Shown here piece by piece: positions 5,430-11,778 of a stretch of DNA of 38,982 nt. Below the pieces are notes generated by a model. That model did not search any database, was not told the origin of the DNA, and saw only the letters and a program-made list of their open reading frames with translations. How positions within the stretch are numbered: position 1 is the first letter of the stretch; the number at the start of each line of letters is the position of its first letter. Position numbers and translations under genes: made by a program. The DNA comes from an uncultured Candidatus Saccharibacteria bacterium (GTDB taxonomy: Bacteria; Patescibacteriota; Minisyncoccia; Phycocordibacterales; UBA10002), in assembly GCA_964373775.1 (NCBI GenBank), contig CAYJWA010000002.1, positions 1-38,982 on the forward strand, given 5' to 3'.

Positions 5430-5912
5430 ATGCCGTATATCGCGCTTGTTATCCTTTTCGGTCTTCTCCTTCTGCCCGCCGTGGGAATGGTCTTTGTCCC
5501 GTTCTTTCCCGCGTTTTGGTATCTCATTGCCCTTGCGGCGATCTTCGGCGCGATTGACAGATTTGTTCATCTGACAATTCTGGACTTTGCGGTCCTTGCC
5601 GCTATCTTTGGCATATCTATTCTGGTTGATTGGGGCGCAGGACTCCTTGGCGCAAAGCTCGGTGGAGCCGCGTGGAAGAGTTTGTTGTACGGAGCAATCG
5701 GCGCGATCGTCGGGTTTCTCATTGCGCCCCCTCTCGGCGTTTTACCCGGACTTTTTGCCGGCGTTCTTTGGGGAGAATTGCAGAGGCGAAGAAACGCGCC
5801 CTCGGCGCTTCGCGCCGCAAGCGGCGCGCTCATCGGCACAGTTACCGGTATGGCGATTAATGCTGTACTCGCGCTTACATTTGTCGCGCTGTTTGTTGCC
5901 TTCGCTCTGTAA
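5430..5912 (+). CDS. DUF456-family membrane protein
   Basis: 4-5 predicted TM helices. GAKLGGAAWKSLLYGAIGAIVGFLIAPPLGVLPGLFAGVLWGEL fits the DUF456 signature. ATG at 5430 is preferred over GTG at 5412. Confidence 0.7.
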   Translation: MPYIALVILFGLLLLPAVGMVFVPFFPAFWYLIALAAIFGAIDRFVHLTILDFAVLAAIFGISILVDWGAGLLGAKLGGAAWKSLLYGAIGAIVGFLIAPPLGVLPGLFAGVLWGELQRRRNAPSALRAASGALIGTVTGMAINAVLALTFVALFVAFAL

Positions 5913-5933
5913 ATCCACGGAACAGCACTGCTG

Positions 5934-5952
5934 TACAAGGTCCGACCTTGTA
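5934..5952. repeat. 19-bp palindrome family member (TACAAGGTCCGACCTTGTA)
   Basis: Perfect 9-bp arms, between convergent genes. Confidence 0.9.
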
Positions 5953-5988
5953 AGATGTCGGGGAACGGCTTAACGATGCCGTTTCTGG

Positions 5989-6009
5989 CTACAAGGTCCG
6001 ACCTCGTAG
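5989..6009. repeat. Palindrome family member (CTACAAGGTCCGACCTCGTAG)
   Basis: 10-bp arms with one mismatch, 37 nt after the previous copy. Confidence 0.85.
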
Positions 6010-6025
6010 ATTTAGTTCCGTGTTT

Positions 6026-6751
6026 TTATTTCGCGTCAGTTCCGTGTTTCCTGTACAGCGGATGCACCGGCACGGCGCGGATTGCGGTAATGACTTCTTC
6101 GTCGCTGTCCGTAATCGTATAGAGTCCGAGGTCTTTTTCGTCAACCGCGTGGTGAAGCAGGAGCATATTTTCCCGCATAAAGCTATTGAGCGGTTCCCAA
6201 AAGTCGCGCCCCACGAGAAAGATCGGCACCCGCCGTATTTTGTGCGTCTGTATGAGCGTGATGAGTTCAAAAAATTCATCAAGCGTGCCGAATCCTCCCG
6301 GAAAGAAAAGGTACGCCTCTGCGGCGAATGAGAGCGCGACTTTTCGCACGAAAAAATAATCAAATTCAACGCTTGCCGTTGTGTATTGGTTGAACTTTTG
6401 GCGTGTGGGAAGACGAATGTTGAGCCCCGCGGATTTGCCGCCTGCTTCAAACGCGCCTCGATTCGCTGCCTCCATAATGCCGGCGCTCCCGCCGGTGAGC
6501 ACTGTGTAGCCAAGTTCTTTTACAATCTTTCCCGCAAGCGCGCGCGCTTTGATATAGTGTTCGCTCTTCTCGGTGAAACGCGACGAGCCAAAAAAGGTGA
6601 CGGAGCGCGGAAATCTGCCGATAAATTCAAACGCTTCGGTGAATTCTTTGTCAATACGAGACACCCGCGCTTTGATTTCGCGCTGTATTTCTTCTTTGGT
6701 AAGAGCGTGTGAAAAGCGCTCGCTGTCGTTCTGATGTCGTGTTGGCGGCAT
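6026..6751 (-). CDS. LOG-family protein (TIGR00730 / lysine-decarboxylase-like; cytokinin riboside 5'-monophosphate phosphoribohydrolase family)
   Basis: VLTGGSAGIMEAANRGA and FFPGGFGTLDEFFE motifs with typical length. Confidence 0.85.
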   Translation of the reverse strand: MPPTRHQNDSERFSHALTKEEIQREIKARVSRIDKEFTEAFEFIGRFPRSVTFFGSSRFTEKSEHYIKARALAGKIVKELGYTVLTGGSAGIMEAANRGAFEAGGKSAGLNIRLPTRQKFNQYTTASVEFDYFFVRKVALSFAAEAYLFFPGGFGTLDEFFELITLIQTHKIRRVPIFLVGRDFWEPLNSFMRENMLLLHHAVDEKDLGLYTITDSDEEVITAIRAVPVHPLYRKHGTDAK

Positions 6752-6834
6752 GTTTGTTTTTCTATTATAGCGATGGGAACGGAAACGAGCAACTTTTTGT
6801 GTGCAAACTGCGCTTTTTTCTTTATACTGTTGCG

Positions 6835-8082
6835 GTGCGATTTCATATTGAAAAGAAAGTGAAAGGGCGAATGGGGCGCGCGGGTATTCTTGAAACCGCG
6901 CACGGCGCTATTCATACGCCGGCTTTTGTCGCGGTGGGGACCAAAGCAACCGTGAAAGCGGTTGCGCCTGATGCGCTTCGTGCCCTCGGTGCCGAAGTCG
7001 TGCTCGGAAATGCCTATCATCTGTATCTTGAGCCCGGGGAGAAAACAGTTGCGCGCGCCGGGGGTTTTGGAAAGTTTATGGGCTGGGACGGGCCCACCAT
7101 GACCGACTCAGGCGGTTTTCAGATATTCTCGCTCGGTGCGGGATTTGGGCGGCACACGGCCAAAATTAGACCACACCTGCACCATTCTAAACATCGGGTG
7201 TTCACCGAGGAGAGGTGTGGTGTAATTTTTGTGCAGATTGATGAAGACGGGGCAATATTCCGCTCGCACCGGGACGGGAGCAAGCATCGGTTTACACCGG
7301 AGCGTTCCATTGAGATTCAACACGCGCTCGGCGCCGACATCATCTTCGCGTTTGACGAGTGCACTTCGCCCGACGCTCCATATAAGTACCAGAAGCAGGC
7401 GATGGAGCGGACGCACCGGTGGGCCCTTCGTTCGCTAGAAGCGAACCGCCGATTAACGCGGATAAGAACGCGGATTGACGCGGATAAATCATATCAGCGC
7501 ACATCAGCGTTACATCAGCGTCCATCTGCGTTATTCGGAATTGTGCAAGGAGGCCGTCACGAAGATTTGAGAAAGCAGAGCGCACGGACAGTTGGCAAGA
7601 TGGATTTCGATGGCTTCGGCATCGGCGGCTCGTTTGGAAGAGAAGATATGGGGAACGCGGTGCGCTCCGTGAATGAAATCCTGCCGGAGGATAAACCACG
7701 GCACTTGCTCGGCATCGGCGGCATTGAAGATTTGTTTTCCGCCGTTGAAAACGGCTGCGACACCTTTGATTGCGTGTCTCCGACGCGCGAAGCGCGCACG
7801 GGTTCGCTGTATACGAAGCGGGGGAGAATAAACATTACCAATGCGCGTTTTCGGACAGAATTTACGCCCATTGATACCGCGTGCGAGTGTTATACATGCT
7901 GTAATTTTACCCGCGCGTATCTCGCACATCTCTTCCGTTCGCGGGAGATTCTCGCGTACTCGCTCGCCTCGGTCCACAATCTTTCGTTTTTCATCAATCT
8001 GGTGCAAAATATGCGACAGGCGATTTTGGGCGGTGTCTTCCACAAGTTTAGAAAAGAATTTTTGCTACACTATAAAAGTTGA
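6835..8082 (+). CDS. tgt: Queuine tRNA-ribosyltransferase
   Basis: (M)RFHIEKKVKGRMGRAGILETAHGAIHTPAFVAVGT aligns with the MKFEL...TPxFMPVGT N-terminus. Also GGFQIFSL, FAFDECT, and the zinc motif CECYTCCNFTRAYLAHL. GTG at 6835 fits orthologue N-termini; alternative ATG at 6871. A TATACT hexamer lies at 6823-6828. Confidence 0.9.
   Translation: MRFHIEKKVKGRMGRAGILETAHGAIHTPAFVAVGTKATVKAVAPDALRALGAEVVLGNAYHLYLEPGEKTVARAGGFGKFMGWDGPTMTDSGGFQIFSLGAGFGRHTAKIRPHLHHSKHRVFTEERCGVIFVQIDEDGAIFRSHRDGSKHRFTPERSIEIQHALGADIIFAFDECTSPDAPYKYQKQAMERTHRWALRSLEANRRLTRIRTRIDADKSYQRTSALHQRPSALFGIVQGGRHEDLRKQSARTVGKMDFDGFGIGGSFGREDMGNAVRSVNEILPEDKPRHLLGIGGIEDLFSAVENGCDTFDCVSPTREARTGSLYTKRGRINITNARFRTEFTPIDTACECYTCCNFTRAYLAHLFRSREILAYSLASVHNLSFFINLVQNMRQAILGGVFHKFRKEFLLHYKS
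7163..7228. repeat. 66-nt MITE-like element with 16-bp terminal inverted repeats, inserted in frame in tgt
   Basis: aaattagaccacacct ... aggtgtggtgtaattt (15/16 complementary). 22 codons with no stop. A related copy lies at 3158-3215. Confidence 0.8.
7452..7531. repeat. Low-complexity inverted repeat array inside tgt (3x ACGCGGATW, then 4x ATC(A/T)GCG)
   Basis: Direct reading. Encodes RLTRIRTRIDADKSYQRTSALHQRPSA. Confidence 0.75.
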
Positions 8083-8083
8083 T

Positions 8084-8638
8084 ATGAACATCAAAGCAAT
8101 CATTATCCCGGGCAATCATGATGATAATCCGGAGGATAAATGGTTCCCGTATCTTGAGCGCGAACTGCCGAAAATCGGTATTGCGGTTATCAACAAGAAG
8201 TTTCCGGACGCGGTACTTGCGCGAAAGAGATATTGGCTTCCGTTTATTGAAGAATTAGGGGCAGATGAAAACACCATACTGATTGGCCATTCATCAGGCG
8301 CAATCGCAGCGCTCTGTTTTGCTGAAACGCACACCATACAAGGAAGCGTTCTGGTCGGCTCGTATGTTTCGCACATGAATGAGCCCGATGAGGTCGCGAG
8401 CGGTTACTTTGATGTTCCGTGGGATTGGGAAAGCATGAAGAAGAATCAAAGATGGATTGTGCAGTTTGCCTCTATTGACGACCCGTTCATTCCGATAGAA
8501 GAAGCGCGGGAGGTGCATCGGAGTCTCAATACAGAATATCACGAGTATACAGACGAGGGGCATTTTGGCAGCCGGGACAACAAAACCGAGTTTCCGGAGA
8601 TCGTTGCGGCGATACAGAGGAATCTGGGGATTGCATAA
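8084..8638 (+). CDS. Alpha/beta serine hydrolase, RBBP9/YdeN family
   Basis: GHSSG nucleophile elbow, later IDDPFIP and EGHF, ~184 aa. Its start lies 1 nt after the tgt stop. Confidence 0.75.
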   Translation: MNIKAIIIPGNHDDNPEDKWFPYLERELPKIGIAVINKKFPDAVLARKRYWLPFIEELGADENTILIGHSSGAIAALCFAETHTIQGSVLVGSYVSHMNEPDEVASGYFDVPWDWESMKKNQRWIVQFASIDDPFIPIEEAREVHRSLNTEYHEYTDEGHFGSRDNKTEFPEIVAAIQRNLGIA

Positions 8639-8803
8639 AAACCGGTTCCTATTCTCCCGCATCGCGGCGTATTCTGATGTTCTTGACCCGTCTGCCGGCG
8701 AGGAAGGGAACATCAGAAAATGCCGGATTATGAGGAATAAAAAAGTAGGGAAAATCGGCGGGTGGGCTTTTTTGCCTGGCGGTGTGATAGGGTACGGGCA
8801 GAT

Positions 8804-9046
8804 ATGAAAGCAAAGATCTTTATCACTCCGCGCAAAGCTCTCCGCCACCCCGAAAGCGAGACGGTCCTCAAGGCGCTTCAAGAACATATCGGGCTTCCCG
8901 ATGCGACCGCTCTTTCTGTCGGCAAATACTATGAAATTGAATTTGACGGCGTTAGTGAGGGGGAAGCTCGAAAACAAGCCGAAGCCCCCGCAAAGAGAGA
9001 AGCGAATCCGATTGTTCAAGACTCAAGAATCGAAATCGAAGCGTAA
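8804..9046 (+). CDS. purS: PurS-like small protein (FGAM synthase PurS fold)
   Basis: 80 aa. MKAKIFITPRKALRHPESETVLKAL...SVGKYYEIEF...ANPIVQDSRIEI parallels B. subtilis PurS (VLDPQG...GKYMEL...ANTVIEDY), but the DPQG motif has diverged. Confidence 0.55.
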   Translation: MKAKIFITPRKALRHPESETVLKALQEHIGLPDATALSVGKYYEIEFDGVSEGEARKQAEAPAKREANPIVQDSRIEIEA

Positions 9047-9156
9047 CACCCACCGGAGACTCACGGGAGAATTGAGGGAGGGAGAGACAAAGTAGCCGCC
9101 CTCTTTTTTATCCGCCATGGCCTGGATGTATGCAGAAATCTGAATTGAGCGCACAC

Positions 9157-9188
9157 AAAAAAGCTCGTCGCTGTAGACGAGCTTTTTT
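9157..9188. terminator. Bidirectional intrinsic terminator
   Basis: A6-agctcgtc-gctgta-gacgagct-T6. Confidence 0.8.
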
Positions 9189-9241
9189 GTGTGGACCGAG
9201 GGGGAGTCAAACCCCAAGAGCGGGCGGTCTCGTCAACCTTA
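9157..9241 (-). ncRNA. Candidate small RNA (~85 nt), family unknown
   Basis: Lies between the promoter at 9248-9275 and the terminator at 9157-9188. Predicted helices GACCG/CGGUC and GGGG-UUUGACU-CCCC. Confidence 0.45.
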
Positions 9242-9247
9242 TGGGGC

Positions 9248-9275
9248 AGTATAGCATTTACTTTGTCCGTGTCAA
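9248..9275 (-). promoter_or_regulatory. Near-consensus promoter TTGACA-N16-TATACT with a perfect DnaA-box 9-mer 6 nt upstream
   Basis: Minus strand reads ttatccaca actcgc ttgaca cggacaaagtaaatgc tatact. Confidence 0.65.
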
Positions 9276-9379
9276 GCGAGTTGTGGATAAGTACCATTCG
9301 CCCCGCCTCACTCAATCTCTCGGCTCTTTATACCATACGGCTTTGTAAGAGTCATCTTCTGCTATATAGTTTTCATGCA

Positions 9380-11677
9380 ATGCAAAAATTCCAGCTGAAA
9401 AGCAAGTTCAGACCCGCTGGTGACCAACCAAAAGCTATTAAGGCATTGGTGGAAGGATTCAAGCGCGGCGAGCGGTATCAAACGCTACTTGGCGTTACCG
9501 GAAGCGGGAAAACCTTCACAGCGGCCAATGTGATTGCGCAGATTCAAAGGCCAACACTGGTGATTGCGCACAATAAAACGCTCGCGGCACAACTTGCGCA
9601 GGAGTACAAAGAGTTTTTTCCGGATAACGCGGTGCATTATTTTGTTTCCTACTACGATTACTACCAGCCGGAGGCGTATCTGCCTATAACCGACACCTAT
9701 ATTGAGAAAGAAGCGCAGATCAACGAGGAGATTGACCGCCTTCGGCACGCGACGACACAGGCGCTTCTCTCGCGCCGAGATGTGATTGTAGTTGCGAGCG
9801 TCTCGTGTATGTATGGGTTGGGAAGTCCCGAGGAATATGAAAAAGTGAATATAAAATTGCAAAAAGGACAGCGCGTCTCTCGCGGCGATGTTTTGCGCGC
9901 GCTCATCGGCATACATTATATACGTACGAACGCAGACCTATCCCCCGGCGAGTGCCGCGCGCTCGGCAATGTGGTGGAGGTAATGCCTCAAAGTGAGCGG
10001 GAGATGTATCGTATTGAGATTAGTGACGAGCTCGTTCAGCGGATTCAAAAGATTGACCCGATTACGCGGAAACTTTTGGAAGAAATAGATGCGTTGTTTA
10101 TTTTTCCGGCAAAACATTTCATCACGCCGGAGGAGGACCGCGCGCGAGCGATTGAGACAATCAAGAGTGAGCTGAAAAACCAGTTGAAGAAATTTGAAAA
10201 AGAGGGGAAATTGCTTGAAGCCGAGCGGCTTAAACGTCGCACCAACTATGACCTCGCGATGATACGCGAAGTCGGCTATTGCAACGGGATTGAAAATTAC
10301 TCACGCCACTTTTCGGGGAAACTCCCCGGCGAACCGCCCGATACCTTGCTTTCATATTTTTCCGCATCTCCAAGGTTCGACCTTAAATCGGGAGAAAGGT
10401 CGAACCTTGGAGATAGTGCAGATTTTTTGACCATCATCGACGAATCTCATGTGACAATTCCACAGCTTCGCGGAATGTATGCGGGGGACAAATCGCGGAA
10501 AGATACGCTTGTCGAACACGGCTTCCGTCTTCCCTCGGCGCGTGACAATCGTCCGTTACAGTTCCACGAGTTTGAGGAGCGGGTAGGGCAAGTGATTTTT
10601 ACCTCGGCGACGCCCGGGCCGTATGAGTTCGAGAAGAGCGGCACAGCAGTTGTCGAGCAGGTCATTAGACCGACTGGATTGGTTGACCCGCAGGTTGAAA
10701 TACGACCGGTAAGCGAGAACTTTTATTCCTCCTTTCCTAAAGGAGGCGCCCCGAATCTTCGAGGGACGGAGGATTTTAAAATCCCTCCTCCGATGTCACA
10801 TCGGAGTGCTCCCTTTAAGAAAGGGAGAAGAGATCGGCAGGGCTACTGCGGACAGATTCAGGACTTTAAAAAATCTACAAGGTCGGACCTTGTAAAAAAA
10901 GAGGGTTATAAAACAGGTTCTTTCACCCGTCTACAAGGTCGGACCTTGTATGGAGGGCAGGTTAAGGATTTCATCGCGGAGGCAGAAAAAGATATCAAAG
11001 CCGGTGGGCGGGTCATTGCGACGACGCTTACGAAGAAAATGGCCGAGGACCTCGCGGCGTTTCTCAAGGAAAAGGGTATCAAAACCGAGTACCTGCACAG
11101 CGACATTTTGACACTGGAGCGGATTATGATTCTGACGCGGTTTCGCAAGGGTGAGTTTGATTGTCTGGTGGGGGTTAATCTTTTGCGCGAAGGGCTGGAC
11201 CTTCCCGAGGTTTCGCTTATCGGCATTTTGGACGCTGACCGCGAGGGGTTTTTGCGTTCGCAGACATCACTCATTCAGATTATTGGTCGCGCGGCGCGCA
11301 ATGTCGCGGGGCGGGTGATTTTGTATGCGGATGTTATTACCGGTTCAATAGAAAAAGCGATTGGCGAGACGAATCGGCGCCGCGCGCTTCAGCTCGCGCA
11401 TAACAAAAAACACGGCATCACGCCGAAAACAATTATCAAAAAAGTGCGTGATATCATCGAAGCCTTCTGCTTGGAGCACGAAAAGGCCGTCAGTCACCTT
11501 ATGGAGATAGACAAAGAAGCGCTGAAAAATAAGACACTCAACCAGTTGCTCAAAGAAAAGAAAGTCCAAATGAACGCGGCAGTCAAAATTCTTGATTTCG
11601 AGACGGCCGCATTGCTCCGCGACGAAATCCGCGAGTTGGAGAAGCTGACACTGCATCCACTTATAATGTATCGCTGA
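9380..11677 (+). CDS. uvrB: Excinuclease ABC subunit B, carrying two in-frame repeat insertions
   Basis: MQKFQLKSKFRPAGDQPKAI...GVTGSGKTF, DESHVT, TLTKKMAEDL, GRAARN and the C-terminal UVR domain. ATG at 9380 fits orthologue N-termini. Confidence 0.95.
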   Translation: MQKFQLKSKFRPAGDQPKAIKALVEGFKRGERYQTLLGVTGSGKTFTAANVIAQIQRPTLVIAHNKTLAAQLAQEYKEFFPDNAVHYFVSYYDYYQPEAYLPITDTYIEKEAQINEEIDRLRHATTQALLSRRDVIVVASVSCMYGLGSPEEYEKVNIKLQKGQRVSRGDVLRALIGIHYIRTNADLSPGECRALGNVVEVMPQSEREMYRIEISDELVQRIQKIDPITRKLLEEIDALFIFPAKHFITPEEDRARAIETIKSELKNQLKKFEKEGKLLEAERLKRRTNYDLAMIREVGYCNGIENYSRHFSGKLPGEPPDTLLSYFSASPRFDLKSGERSNLGDSADFLTIIDESHVTIPQLRGMYAGDKSRKDTLVEHGFRLPSARDNRPLQFHEFEERVGQVIFTSATPGPYEFEKSGTAVVEQVIRPTGLVDPQVEIRPVSENFYSSFPKGGAPNLRGTEDFKIPPPMSHRSAPFKKGRRDRQGYCGQIQDFKKSTRSDLVKKEGYKTGSFTRLQGRTLYGGQVKDFIAEAEKDIKAGGRVIATTLTKKMAEDLAAFLKEKGIKTEYLHSDILTLERIMILTRFRKGEFDCLVGVNLLREGLDLPEVSLIGILDADREGFLRSQTSLIQIIGRAARNVAGRVILYADVITGSIEKAIGETNRRRALQLAHNKKHGITPKTIIKKVRDIIEAFCLEHEKAVSHLMEIDKEALKNKTLNQLLKEKKVQMNAAVKILDFETAALLRDEIRELEKLTLHPLIMYR
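10367..10413. repeat. Perfect 17-bp-stem hairpin element inside uvrB
   Basis: tctccaaggttcgacct (10367-10383), 13-nt loop, aggtcgaaccttggaga (10397-10413). Confidence 0.9.
10712..10954. repeat. 243-nt composite of stacked palindromes inserted in frame in uvrB
   Basis: Hairpins at 10728-10746, 10768-10788, 10790-10804 and 10809-10827, plus 19-bp palindromes at 10876-10894 and 10932-10950. Confidence 0.85.
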
Positions 11678-11729
11678 ATTGCTGAATAACCTTTGTGCAC
11701 ACTTGTCCACAGCGCCGGGCTCTTGTTAT

Positions 11730-11738
11730 TGGTATAAT
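11730..11738 (+). promoter_or_regulatory. Extended -10 promoter element (TGgTATAAT) upstream of the FIST gene
   Basis: ttggtataat read directly. No good -35. Confidence 0.45.
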
Positions 11739-11778
11739 GAGTTGGTTGTTTCCCGCATTAGTTATTCAGTCATAAGTT

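Noticed and set aside
6835-8082. Alternative genetic code (UGA recoding), as in some candidate phyla
   Set aside because: tgt, trmD and the MFS transporter gene end at TGA at positions matching orthologue C-termini. No conserved gene shows in-frame TGA interruptions.
8639-8803. Purine/ZTP-type riboswitch upstream of the PurS-like gene (GCCTGGCGG string, 11-bp hairpin TTCTGATGTTC/GAACATCAGAA)
   Set aside because: The strings do not match the remembered conserved cores of the purine or ZTP (pfl) motifs. Only a generic hairpin is supported.
9191-9240. tRNA or tRNA fragment (GGGG-TTTGACT-CCCC, T-arm-like, minus strand)
   Set aside because: The T-loop is non-canonical, and no acceptor, D arm or anticodon arm can be drawn. 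It sits between a strong promoter and a terminator, so it is treated as part of a candidate sRNA.
10712-10954. Intein or self-splicing intron in uvrB
   Set aside because: 81 codons is far too short for an intein, and the terminal Cys/Ser...HN splice motifs are absent. 243 nt made of simple palindromes lacks group I/II intron core features. In-frame repeat insertion is the simpler reading, although RNA-level removal has not been excluded experimentally.
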